This document shows, piece by piece, positions 12,422 through 20,935 of a stretch of DNA of 26,738 nt. Position numbers and translations under genes: made by a program. Each line of letters starts with the position of its first letter. Within the stretch, counting starts at the first letter, position 1. Source of the stretch: a virus. Taxonomy: Duplodnaviria > Caudoviricetes. The stretch covers positions 1 to 26,738 of the IMG/VR virus record IMGVR_UViG_3300018050_001289, one strand, 5' to 3'. The notes beneath the pieces were generated by a model. It worked only from the letters and a program-made list of their open reading frames with translations, had not been told where the DNA came from and did no database searches.

Positions 12422-12584
12422 TGATGTCTATCCAATCGCTAACATATCTATTATTTTTGTAGAATTTTTCTATTAAGACAGAATTACAAGTAGAACAATA
12501 TCTATCTCTAGTTAATACTTCATCTTCAAAATCATAATATTCTGAAACAACTTCAGTTTCTGAATAACATCTACTGCACTTCAT
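12399..12584 (-). CDS. Small zinc-ribbon protein (61 aa)
   Basis: MKCSRC...RYCSTC (two CxxC motifs); GAGG upstream. Confidence 0.65.
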   Translation of the reverse strand: MKCSRCYSETEVVSEYYDFEDEVLTRDRYCSTCNSVLIEKFYKNNRYVSDWIDINVRNREE

Positions 12585-12984
12585 TTAATACTTCAAACAA
12601 ACTCTTTTGCAGTTTGTCCATTATTTTGACATCTTGACCTGCGTTAACAAACACGCCTATTTCTCTCATCTCATCAGGAGAAAGACTAGAACTAATAACA
12701 TATCTAGCTCCCTTGCATACGTCACAATAATTATCTTTTACAGATTCTTTGCAGACACACTCTTCAATAAGCCCAAAAAACTCTAGAGCCTCTGCTACAG
12801 AAAACCATTTCTGTTTAAATATCTTCTTAGTCTGCTCTTTGTATGACCTAAGCTTATACTGATCTTCCGAAAGAAGAGTTCCCATATCTAAAGCTTGTTT
12901 CATCAATTCATTAATTGTTCTATATAAAAAATTAGGAAGTTCAAAACTTCCATTTTCATTAATATAATTTTTCCAGTTATTCAT
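12571..12984 (-). CDS. Hypothetical protein with CxC...CxxC (137 aa)
   Basis: Start moved to ATG 12984, downstream of GGAG; ECVC...YCDVCKG. Confidence 0.65.
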   Translation of the reverse strand: MNNWKNYINENGSFELPNFLYRTINELMKQALDMGTLLSEDQYKLRSYKEQTKKIFKQKWFSVAEALEFFGLIEECVCKESVKDNYCDVCKGARYVISSSLSPDEMREIGVFVNAGQDVKIMDKLQKSLFEVLNEVQ

Positions 12985-13034
12985 AACATAATCTCCACAT
13001 TTTAAATTTAACACATATAATATAACATAAAACT

Positions 13035-13295
13035 TTAAAGAAAAGTAGAACCCCCACTAGATTTTGGTTGAAGCCCCATAGTTGCTGAAGACTTTGGAAT
13101 ATATCCAGCTTTATAGCCACCTCTTTTAGAATTAGTGTGCATTCCTGCTGCACCTAATCCCACTGCAGCTGCTCCCATTCTAGCCTGACCCATCTTAGAG
13201 AAAGAACGACCGCCTTGATAGCCTGCAAATCTAGTTGCACCTTTGCCTGCCATTCTAGCTCCACTAGAAACAGCTCTACGCATTCCTGCTAACAT
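13035..13295 (-). CDS. Small basic Gly/Ala/Met-rich protein (86 aa)
   Basis: AAGGTGG RBS; GAAAVGLGAAG hydrophobic segment followed by a basic tail. Confidence 0.7.
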   Translation of the reverse strand: MLAGMRRAVSSGARMAGKGATRFAGYQGGRSFSKMGQARMGAAAVGLGAAGMHTNSKRGGYKAGYIPKSSATMGLQPKSSGGSTFL

Positions 13296-13307
13296 AGACT
13301 AACCACC

Positions 13308-13593
13308 TTAGTACATTGGGTAGTTCTGACTACCTCTACGACGCTGTGAACTATAGCCCATAGCACCTAAAGCTGCTGCACCGCCGCCTGCCATTGTTCT
13401 ACGTGGGTATTGAGCCATCTTACTTAGTGCACCTGCTGCGTTACCTCTCATGCCACGGCCTGCTCCCATTATATGAGGTCCCGCTCCGTCCAACCCTACC
13501 TGCTGCAGTGTTTAATCCACCTGCTACTCTTTGGGCCATTGCGCTGTTTCTGGCAAAATGCTTAGCTCCTGATGACATTCCTGGAATTGCCAT
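13308..13593 (-). CDS. Small basic Gly/Ala/Met-rich protein (~94 aa); +1 shift at CGG-A (extra base 13488)
   Basis: AAGGAG RBS before ATG 13593 (MAIPGMSSGAKHF...AAGRVG-[C]-GAGPHIMG...RRRGSQNYPMY). Confidence 0.7.
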
Positions 13594-13617
13594 TTTTATC
13601 TCCTTAAAATATTTAAA

Positions 13618-13915
13618 TTAAATTGGATTAATAGGCTGATTTTGACTTCCGCCTACCTCTTGAAGTTCTATATGCACCATAGCCAAGACCGCCTGCTGCT
13701 GCTGTTGCCCCATAGCCAATTACCTTGTTTCTGGTAGAAGAATTATTTAAGCCAGCTCTAGTAGCGCCTCTTTGCATATAACCTTGGCCTATTCTGCCAA
13801 CGTTTCTAGTCATAGCAGCACCGCTTGACATTCCTGCTCTCATCTGAGGTATTTTGCCAGATATGCCAGCGCCAATTCTTCCCATAGTTGAATTTAAATT
13901 GCCCATTATGCCCAT
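13618..13915 (-). CDS. Small basic Gly/Ala/Met-rich protein (95 aa unshifted, ~98 aa with +1 shift at base 13651)
   Basis: AAAGGAG RBS. The shifted C-terminus RGRGSQNQPINPI matches the neighbour's RRRGSQNYPMY. Confidence 0.7.
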
Positions 13916-13953
13916 AAATTCTCCTTTAGGTGCTTATGCTTATAATAGTAAGT

Positions 13954-15364
13954 TTAGTTTTCTACTTTTGTTTGTTTTTCTGGTCGTTTTATCGTAAAAG
14001 TAAAGTTATCTTCTTTATCTTTATAAGATATTTCAAACAAAGATCCTCTTGGTGGAATAGTCTTAATTAGTATGTCTGCAAGTTTATCTTCCATTTGCTC
14101 TCTTCTAATTTGAGAAAGACCTCTTGCACCTTTAACGGTGTCAACACCTTTAGCCAAAAGAGCAGATATAACAGAATGAGTATAACTTACTGAATATCCT
14201 TTTTTAGAAAGCTTATCTATAATTACCGACATTTCTAATTCTGCTATTTTTTCAAGATCTTCTTGTTTTAAATGATTAAAAACAACAATTTTATCTAATC
14301 TATTTATAAATTCTGGTCTAAAATGTTTTCTAATTGCCTCCAAAGTGTTCTTCTCAACTAACTCTTTAGGAGGAGATTGAGTTGTTCCAAGCTTATAATT
14401 AATGTTTCTATTAAAACCAGTTCCTGAACCTAATAAGAAATCAACTGTTTTTTCATTACCTAGGTTAGTTGTCATAATAATAATTGTGTTTTGAAAATTA
14501 ACCTCCTCACCTTTACCATCAGTAAGTATTCCATCTTCAAAAACTCGCAAAAAAGTATTCCATAAATCTGGGTGAGCCTTTTCAACTTCGTCTAATAAAA
14601 CAACGGTTGATGGATTCTTTTTCACCAAGTTAACCAACTGACCACCTTCATCGTGACCAATATATCCAGGAGGAGAACCTATAAGCTTTTGGTTTTCATG
14701 TTTATGCTGAAACTCACCACAATCTATTCTGACCATAGGATATTCTTCACCAAAAAGATATTTATGAAGAGTGTTTGCTAAATGTGTTTTGCCAACCCCA
14801 GAAGACCCAGCAAACAAGAAAACTCCTAGTGGTCTATTCTTGTCATTTAATCCTACCTGTGATCTTTTTAAAGCAGAAATTATAGAACTTATGGCATCTT
14901 GTTGTCCAATAATATTGGAAGTAAGATGTCCTTCTAACCCTAAAAATCTTTGTCTAGATATTCTTTTAAGTTTTCCCTTGGTGGACTGTTTCTTGCTTTT
15001 TGCATCTTTAAATTTCTTGGCAAGTTTTTCATCAAATATACTGTCGTCAAGATCATCTATATCAACAGCTTTTGAGTAAGCAAGATTGATCCACAGATCA
15101 ACATCTAATCCGAGGATTTAAAGCTACGCATCCGTTGTATAATGCCTCAATAGCTCTTTCCGCAGAGGCTCTAGCCATTAATCTTAAAGCTTCTGCAATA
15201 TCTGTCTTTAAGTTATGTACTACGTTTTCTAGTATAAGCTTTTTGAAATCTTTATCGCCTTTAGAAGAAATGTCTACTATTAGCATTTCTATCTCTTCTG
15301 GAGTCAGCGCCTTATACTTTACGTAGGTTGCAAGTTCTGGAAAGTATATTTGATAAAGTTTCAT
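13954..15364 (-). CDS. ClpA/ClpB/ClpC-family AAA+ ATPase, second (D2) module only (~469 aa); +1 shift at CGG-A (extra base 15112)
   Basis: IIGQQDAI...RSQVGLNDKNRPLGVFLFAGSSGVGKT, LIGSPPGYIGHDEGGQL, LLDEVEKAHPD, IIIMTTNLG, FRPEFINRLD, GARGL. The frame extends upstream of the track's TTG start to ALNP-[C]-GLDVDLW. Confidence 0.88.
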
Positions 15365-15526
15365 CTTGGGCGCCTTTTTACATTAAAAATTGCCTGATGA
15401 TCCTTATAGTAATTAAGAGTTTCTCTTTCCAGAGTATTCTTACTGTTTACTTGAGTAAGTATATTATAAATACTTAGAACTAGTTTTGATCCAGTAATCA
15501 ATTATAACCACACCTGTCAAGTAAAA

Positions 15527-15688
15527 TCAAGAATTTTCGTCAGAAATTTTTTCTATGTCAGGACAATCCTCTTTACACGGTCCACAAAACGCCCAAATTT
15601 TTTGTAGATCCATCGGAGTGTTAATGCGATCTCTGAGTAAAAGAACTGCTCTTCTGTAATCAAAATTCAAATCAACTTTTCTTGACAT
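15527..15688 (-). CDS. Hypothetical protein (53 aa)
   Basis: Manual translation MSRKVDLNFDYRRAVLLLRDRINTPMDLQKIWAFCGPCKEDCPDIEKISDENS; below the track cutoff. Confidence 0.5.
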   Translation of the reverse strand: MSRKVDLNFDYRRAVLLLRDRINTPMDLQKIWAFCGPCKEDCPDIEKISDENS

Positions 15689-15768
15689 ATAAATCTTCTT
15701 TCTTTTTCTTTAAACACATAATGCTTATATTGTATCATCATTTGCTTGTAGTGAAGCAGTTTGGGTTG

Positions 15769-15777
15769 TGATATAAT
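15769..15777 (+). promoter_or_regulatory. Extended -10 promoter for recA, probably leaderless
   Basis: TGATATAAT ends 6 nt before the recA ATG; no Shine-Dalgarno. Confidence 0.6.
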
Positions 15778-15783
15778 CTATGT

Positions 15784-16785
15784 ATGGAAGAATCTAAAAC
15801 ACTAGAACTAGCTATTGCGCAGCTAGAAAGACAGTTTGGCACTGGCGCAGTTATGAAACTCGGTTCATCTAATATTGAATCTTGGCCTTCAATTTCAACA
15901 GGTGCTCCAACACTAGATAAGATACTTGGCATTGGTGGCCTTCCTAGAGGAAGGGTAGTAGAAATCTACGGACCAGAGTCGTCAGGTAAATCAACAATTG
16001 CATTATCTGCAGTTGCACAAGCACAATCGCAAGGTATTCGTTGTGCGTATGTTGATGCTGAGCATGCATTAGATCCAGTCTATATGTCTGCATTAGGTGT
16101 GGACTTAGACGAATTGTTATTAGCTCAACCAGACTACGGCGAACAAGCTTTAGAGATTGTAGACAAGCTTATTAAGACTGGTGAAGTTGGAATGATTGTT
16201 GTTGACTCAGTTGCTGCACTTGTTCCTAAAGCAGAGCTTGAAGGCGATATGGAAGCTAATCAAATGGGATTACAAGCTCGTATGATGTCTAAAGCATTAA
16301 GAAAGATTACAGCACTTGCCAACGAACATAAAACGTTAGTCATCTTCATTAATCAACTAAGAATGAAGATTGGTATTATGTTTGGAAACCCAGAAACCAC
16401 ACCAGGTGGTAGAGCACTACCATATGCTGCCTCAGTAAGAATTGATATTAGAAAGAAAGAAGATATCAAAGATAAAGCTGGAGAATCGATCGGCATTAAG
16501 GTAAAAGCTAAGGTTATTAAGAACAAGATGGCCCCACCATTAAAGGTTACAGAATTTGACATCTATTACGGTAAGGGTGTAGATATGTATGGATCTTTAT
16601 TGGATCTAGGATTTATGTCTGGATTGTTTTCACAAAAGGGCGCATGGATTTACTATAAAGGCGAGATGTTCTCTCAGGGTAGAGAAAACGCTATTAATAA
16701 GCTAAAGGAAGATGAAAGTCTTTACGACAGTATATTACAACAAGTAAATTCACCAGAGAAAAAAGATGAAGAACCACAAACTTAA
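15784..16785 (+). CDS. recA: Recombinase RecA (333 aa)
   Basis: [66 protein letters not shown]. Confidence 0.98.
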   Translation: MEESKTLELAIAQLERQFGTGAVMKLGSSNIESWPSISTGAPTLDKILGIGGLPRGRVVEIYGPESSGKSTIALSAVAQAQSQGIRCAYVDAEHALDPVYMSALGVDLDELLLAQPDYGEQALEIVDKLIKTGEVGMIVVDSVAALVPKAELEGDMEANQMGLQARMMSKALRKITALANEHKTLVIFINQLRMKIGIMFGNPETTPGGRALPYAASVRIDIRKKEDIKDKAGESIGIKVKAKVIKNKMAPPLKVTEFDIYYGKGVDMYGSLLDLGFMSGLFSQKGAWIYYKGEMFSQGRENAINKLKEDESLYDSILQQVNSPEKKDEEPQT

Positions 16786-16936
16786 TCTAGAACCTTGTCC
16801 AGACTGTCCATATCCAATGGACGTTCTGATCAACCCTCTACCCAAAGAACAAGGCGCAACATGCCAAAAGTTTGATGTTACCTGCAGAGAATGCGGTGAC
16901 AATTGGATAGAAGAGACAGAAGATGGCGTTAGCTAA
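16766..16936 (+). CDS. Small zinc-ribbon protein (56 aa)
   Basis: Manual translation ...[10 protein letters not shown]...[13 protein letters not shown]; overlaps the end of recA. Confidence 0.6.
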   Translation: MKNHKLNLEPCPDCPYPMDVLINPLPKEQGATCQKFDVTCRECGDNWIEETEDGVS

Positions 16937-17075
16937 ATCAAGAAAAACAACTAAGGGAAAAGAAGGAATAGATCCTTGGTCTGTTACAAAATTCTTTGAT
17001 GGAGAGAAGTGGATGGAAGACTTCGGTGATGATGATCAAGAACCTACACCGGTGGATTCAGATAATCAAGAATAA
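16923..17075 (+). CDS. Hypothetical protein (50 aa)
   Basis: Manual translation [34 protein letters not shown]...; overlaps the previous gene. Confidence 0.45.
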   Translation: MALAKSRKTTKGKEGIDPWSVTKFFDGEKWMEDFGDDDQEPTPVDSDNQE

Positions 17076-17124
17076 TTGAGGCTTTTCCCGCCGCCAAATT
17101 TTTTGTAATTTTTTTTATAATTAA

Positions 17125-17388
17125 TTACTTCTTACCACGATTACGGCCACGGTTAATAGTGGGCGATTCGGGGACCATTCTGCCATCTTTAGTGTGTGAC
17201 ATATCAGGGCCACCTTTACCCATAATCCCACGTCTGCGTCTTTCTGATGCTAACTCACGTCTTTTAGCTAGCTGATCGGACTTTCTATTGAACGCTTTGT
17301 TGTATGCGTCTTTCTTAGCCTTAGCTTCTGGGTTAGAGCTGTAATACTTAGCTGTCTTTTTGGGCTTATTAGTTTTACGAGGTGCCAT
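17125..17388 (-). CDS. Small basic protein with minimal HNH-like motif (87 aa)
   Basis: GPDMSHTKDG...ESPTINRGRN resembles the D-x-x-H...N-R-x-x-N pattern of small phage HNH proteins. Confidence 0.55.
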   Translation of the reverse strand: MAPRKTNKPKKTAKYYSSNPEAKAKKDAYNKAFNRKSDQLAKRRELASERRRRGIMGKGGPDMSHTKDGRMVPESPTINRGRNRGKK

Positions 17389-17390
17389 AG

Positions 17391-17669
17391 TTACATTCTT
17401 AATGTTCTTGTATTGTAGTCTGGATACTGCGAAGATATATAGCCTGCTGCTGAGCTATGAGATGATCCACCTTCTCTCATCCATTCATATTGTTTCTGAG
17501 GGCTAGCGACACTAGTAAAATCACCTATAACAGGAATGCCTTTGGGTTGTCTATTTCTATATCCAGCGACACCTGCTACTACGCCAAGAGCTCCACCAGC
17601 TCCTAGGGCCATACGTCCACCTGTTGACTTAGGAATTAAACCTTTTACTGCTGATGAAAATCTTGCCAT
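17391..17669 (-). CDS. Small Gly-rich single-pass membrane protein (92 aa)
   Basis: ALGAGGALGVVAGVAGY followed by basic residues; similar layout to the genes at 13035-13915. Confidence 0.65.
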   Translation of the reverse strand: MARFSSAVKGLIPKSTGGRMALGAGGALGVVAGVAGYRNRQPKGIPVIGDFTSVASPQKQYEWMREGGSSHSSAAGYISSQYPDYNTRTLRM

Positions 17670-17726
17670 AATACACCCTTTTTCATTACTATAACATCAA
17701 TAGTAAACGTATATAGGCTGAAATAT

Positions 17727-18017
17727 ATGAATGAAAATCTATGGGAATTGCTTTTTAAGTTCTTTGGTCAAGTTTTTGATGAAGAAGCTGGCGATATCTT
17801 AGAGTACGATTACGAAGGTCTAGACAACTATAAGTGTGTCATCACTGCCTATAAAGAAGGCGATGTTATCACGGTTAATCTTATTGATATAGATGACTGG
17901 GAAATGATACTAGATATATCAGAAGTGACCGAAACTGAACTTTCAGACGTAGTCAAAGGACTTACTGATAAAGAAGTCTATCAAATACGCCTGAAAGCCA
18001 GTGAATTCGGTTTATAA
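17727..18017 (+). CDS. Acidic hypothetical protein (96 aa)
   Basis: ORF with globular, D/E-rich composition; divergent from the gene starting at 17669. Confidence 0.65.
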   Translation: MNENLWELLFKFFGQVFDEEAGDILEYDYEGLDNYKCVITAYKEGDVITVNLIDIDDWEMILDISEVTETELSDVVKGLTDKEVYQIRLKASEFGL

Positions 18018-18569
18018 GTAAGATAGTCTACCTATGTGGTTAGATAGACCAGTCTGCTCGTAGTATCCATATACAAGTAGTCCATAAGCTTCTAGAGAGA
18101 ATCTAGAAGACATTGATGGTGGTATGTATGTAGGAATGTTCTCATTTACCTTTGCAAAGATTAGCTGTTCATGTCTAGAAAGCTTTCCATACAAATTGTA
18201 AATTTCAGTATTGTGAGACAATTGATCTACTAGCTCAGTATATCTATAGTTACTTGGGTCAAGGTAGATTGTATTGGAATAGGTTCCATTAATCAAAATC
18301 GCCACATCAAAGATGATGCCGTACTCCAAATAGAGATCAAAGAATAGATATACATCTTCACCTGATCCTATGAATACTTTATGATTATAATCAAGACTCA
18401 TCTTAGCTTTAATAGCTTCTGCTATAAAGTCCACATCTCTTGTCTTATGATTCTCTAACATAAAGATATCATGTTCATTTCTAAACAAATTATAAAAACT
18501 GTCTTTATGTTTAGCGTTGAAGAGATTGTCTGATCCTATGATGAGATTGTTCTGTCTTATATTTTTCAT
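18012..18569 (-). CDS. Hypothetical protein (185 aa), possibly a degenerate alpha/beta-hydrolase fold
   Basis: Spacing of VFIGSGED...VAILING...IYNLYG recalls that fold, but there is no canonical GxSxG. Confidence 0.55.
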   Translation of the reverse strand: MKNIRQNNLIIGSDNLFNAKHKDSFYNLFRNEHDIFMLENHKTRDVDFIAEAIKAKMSLDYNHKVFIGSGEDVYLFFDLYLEYGIIFDVAILINGTYSNTIYLDPSNYRYTELVDQLSHNTEIYNLYGKLSRHEQLIFAKVNENIPTYIPPSMSSRFSLEAYGLLVYGYYEQTGLSNHIGRLSYL

Positions 18570-18633
18570 TATATAACCTTTGATTAATTAGGCATTGTTA
18601 CCAGTGGGATTTTGATTATAGATGTAGTGGATA

Positions 18634-18897
18634 TCAGTAGTCTGAGTATCCGTAGTTATCTGTATCGTAGTCAGAGTCTGAATAAGCTGATCTATAGGAG
18701 TCTAGACCTTGATTAGTATATGATTCAATGAACTCTTCTACTTCTGTAGTGTTTTCTAGCGCGTAGAAGTTTTCTGGATCTGCATTTGTGTCTTTTGGTT
18801 TACGTGGCATTTGTTTTATCCTTTTTGTTTCGGGGGCCTTGATTGGCCCTTTTTGTTTTACGGAGGTCACACTATCGGTGTTATGTGTGTCTGTCAA
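18634..18897 (-). CDS. Hypothetical protein, basic N-terminus and acidic C-terminus; start uncertain
   Basis: Track ORF starts at TTG; internal ATG (MPRKPKD) follows AAGGA. Confidence 0.5.
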   Translation of the reverse strand: MTDTHNTDSVTSVKQKGPIKAPETKRIKQMPRKPKDTNADPENFYALENTTEVEEFIESYTNQGLDSYRSAYSDSDYDTDNYGYSDY

Positions 18898-19017
18898 CTC
18901 ATTTAGGGAAATATTTCTGATTTTTTTTGGGCGGTCATATTAACCTGTATAAGGATATATAAAGTCTATATATAGGAAAAATGGGGGAAAATTTATAAGC
19001 GGGTAATAGTATTTTAT

Positions 19018-19066
19018 ATAGGGATACCTATGCTTTAGCGAGCCCACCGGGGGATGGTATCCCTAT
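19018..19066. repeat. Perfect 11-bp inverted repeat at the strand/composition switch
   Basis: ATAGGGATACC (19018-19028) and GGTATCCCTAT (19056-19066), 27-nt spacer. Confidence 0.8.
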
Positions 19067-19119
19067 CTTATAAAGGTTTTAGAGACATGTATCCACGACT
19101 ACAGAAAGAAGGTAACACC

Positions 19120-19326
19120 ATGTCACTGCGAGACAAGATCGCAAATCACCCGCACCTCAACGAGAAGGAGCTCACCAAGCTCGTCAACGAGGCTGCACGC
19201 AAGCACGACGCCGACGCAGAGACGGCTCGTCAGCTCGGGGTCATCGCGCAGGGCTACGGCCGTCGCGCAAAGACCCGCACCTTCGGCAAGAAGTCGGAGA
19301 TGCTCGCCCTTCCTTCGGGCAACTGA
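19120..19326 (+). CDS. Cassette protein (68 aa)
   Basis: GAAGG RBS; MSLRDKIANHPHLNEKELTK...; strong C/G-ending codon bias. Confidence 0.8.
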   Translation: MSLRDKIANHPHLNEKELTKLVNEAARKHDADAETARQLGVIAQGYGRRAKTRTFGKKSEMLALPSGN

Positions 19327-19443
19327 GCTGAGGCTGCCCCTCCCCGCGTCAGGGAGGGGCTTAAGTCCTCATTGTTTGATATTTGTTTATTGTATAAAGG
19401 TTTTATAGACGTGTGTTCGTAACTACAGAAAGAAGGTATCATC

Positions 19444-19617
19444 ATGTCACTTTTGGTTGCTCTCTACACAGTGATCGCATTTGCGGTCACTAAGGGCATT
19501 TGGTTTTTCGGGGCTTATTGCCTCGTGACCAAGACCAACATCGTCAGCCGCATCAAGTCCATCTTCAACGATGAAGACGAGATGTCGGAAGACGACATCT
19601 TCAACATGTATGGTTGA
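19444..19617 (+). CDS. Cassette membrane protein (57 aa)
   Basis: Manual translation MSLLVALYTVIAFAVTKGIWFFGAYCLVTK...FNMYG; same leader as the previous unit. Confidence 0.75.
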   Translation: MSLLVALYTVIAFAVTKGIWFFGAYCLVTKTNIVSRIKSIFNDEDEMSEDDIFNMYG

Positions 19618-19723
19618 TGTCGAGGGCAGCTGCGCAAGCAGTGTAAGTCCCTTTTGTTTTATATATATTTATACTTTTAAATGTTTTATAGACTGGTATT
19701 CAACTACAGAAAGAGGTAACACC

Positions 19724-19846
19724 ATGTCGTACTTTTCCGCCTATCTCAAGGTGCTCAAGGTGAACACGTTCATCTTGGGCGTCCTCGTCACAATCGTCGG
19801 CATCGTCTTCGCCGTCGACAAGGCGAAGGAGGAGCTCTCCCGTTAG
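19724..19846 (+). CDS. Cassette single-pass membrane peptide (40 aa), paralog of 21650..21772
   Basis: MSYFSAYLKVLKVNTFILGVLVTIVGIVFAVDKAKEELSR; GAGG RBS. Confidence 0.8.
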   Translation: MSYFSAYLKVLKVNTFILGVLVTIVGIVFAVDKAKEELSR

Positions 19847-19941
19847 GGAGGGCTTAACCTCCTTTTTTTATATATGTTTCTTTAAATGTTATAGAGACTG
19901 TTAGCGTCCCGAACCCCAAGTACGGACGCGGAAAGGTAGTC

Positions 19942-20217
19942 ATGGCACTTCAGCCAATCAGTCTCGCCCAAGTGGACGAGATCATCAACAAGGCGGCAGC
20001 CGAGAACATGCTTTGCCATTACAATGGCGGGCAGGCCTACATCCAAGTGACCGAGACCACTCTCATGGTGATCGATCACACGTGTGCGGGTCGAATCGAC
20101 ATCCAGTTCTACGAGGGTACTGAGTACTTCAAGAACTGGTCCAGTTCGCGTTACTCCATCAGCAAGATCATGCGTGAGCAGGGATCCAAGCTGGCGGAGA
20201 TCCACGCTCTCGTCTAA
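19942..20217 (+). CDS. Cassette protein (91 aa)
   Basis: GAAAGG RBS, GC-rich codon usage, downstream hairpin. Confidence 0.8.
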   Translation: MALQPISLAQVDEIINKAAAENMLCHYNGGQAYIQVTETTLMVIDHTCAGRIDIQFYEGTEYFKNWSSSRYSISKIMREQGSKLAEIHALV

Positions 20218-20306
20218 CGCCGCAGGCTCCATCAGCTACCCCCTGGCTGATGGGTAAGTCCTGTTTGTTTTATATGTCTCTTGAATCTTTATTTTATTTT
20301 TATTTT

Positions 20307-20351
20307 ATATGTATCTCACTATTTAGCTGTGCGTGATAGTGAGATACATAT
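20307..20351. repeat. Perfect 16-bp inverted repeat
   Basis: ATATGTATCTCACTAT / ATAGTGAGATACATAT with a 13-nt loop, just upstream of motif copy 20357. Confidence 0.85.
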
Positions 20352-20389
20352 GTGTTTTATAAACGTTTTATAGAAGGAAGGAGTGAGAC

Positions 20390-20509
20390 ATGGACGATCT
20401 CGCACAGGCCCGTTTCAAGCGCAAGCAGCGAAACGACAAGGCCAAGAAGAAGACGAAGGAAGTGCTCCACAAGGCACGAGTCTTCGTCGCTCGCCACATC
20501 GCTGGCTGA
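20390..20509 (+). CDS. Cassette basic peptide (39 aa)
   Basis: AAGGAG RBS; MDDLAQARFKRKQRNDKAKKKTKEVLHKARVFVARHIAG. Confidence 0.75.
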   Translation: MDDLAQARFKRKQRNDKAKKKTKEVLHKARVFVARHIAG

Positions 20510-20599
20510 GTAAGGGCTGCCCTCAAGCAAGGGCGTAAGACCCCAATTTTTTATATACATCTTTATTTATAAAGGTTTTAGAGACTGAAAGGAGTCACC

Positions 20600-20731
20600 G
20601 TGACAAAGTGTCCGAATTGTCTGACGCACGACTTCGTGCACGTTACGCGTGGGGAAGACTACACGTATCTTCACTGCGAGACGTGCGATTACGAAGAGCT
20701 CGACGTCAACACCACCGATGAAGCACTTTAG
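20600..20731 (+). CDS. Cassette zinc-ribbon peptide (43 aa)
   Basis: AAAGGAG RBS, GTG start; MTKCPNC...LHCETCDYEEL. Confidence 0.75.
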   Translation: MTKCPNCLTHDFVHVTRGEDYTYLHCETCDYEELDVNTTDEAL

Positions 20732-20935
20732 GGTGTGGATTCGGCTTATTTTATAAATCTTTTAGAGAAGGTGTTAGCTAGTGTTGGTTAACATCAGCGG
20801 TATAGGACGGAGTGGCACCGCCCCGAATAATCCTGACTCATTAGACAAGCACTTGTCTACAGGCAGTAAGTAATGAGTGAGTCATTATTTACTGTTATTT
20901 TATAAAGGTTTTATTGACAGAGATTGGAGTACATT

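Noticed and set aside
685-15112. Split genes as pseudogenes of a decaying prophage or as homopolymer indel errors
   Set aside because: All breaks are +1 with the same CGG-A context, most are not in homopolymer runs, and no nonsense or -1 lesions were seen. A motif-specific artefact remains possible and is covered in the main finding.
5305-16562. Antisense track ORFs (e.g. 5305..5556, 5842..6303, 10101..10313, 14771..15079, 16353..16562)
   Set aside because: They mirror well-supported genes on the opposite strand and lack RBS or motifs.
727-18569. Stop-codon reassignment as the cause of gene fragmentation
   Set aside because: Fragments continue in a different frame, not past an in-frame stop; TAA, TAG and TGA all end genes normally.
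20781-20873. 30-aa GTG-started ORF containing an in-frame CGG-A
   Set aside because: Weak RBS, atypical codon usage, and neither frame gives a convincing protein; not counted as a gene or recoding site.
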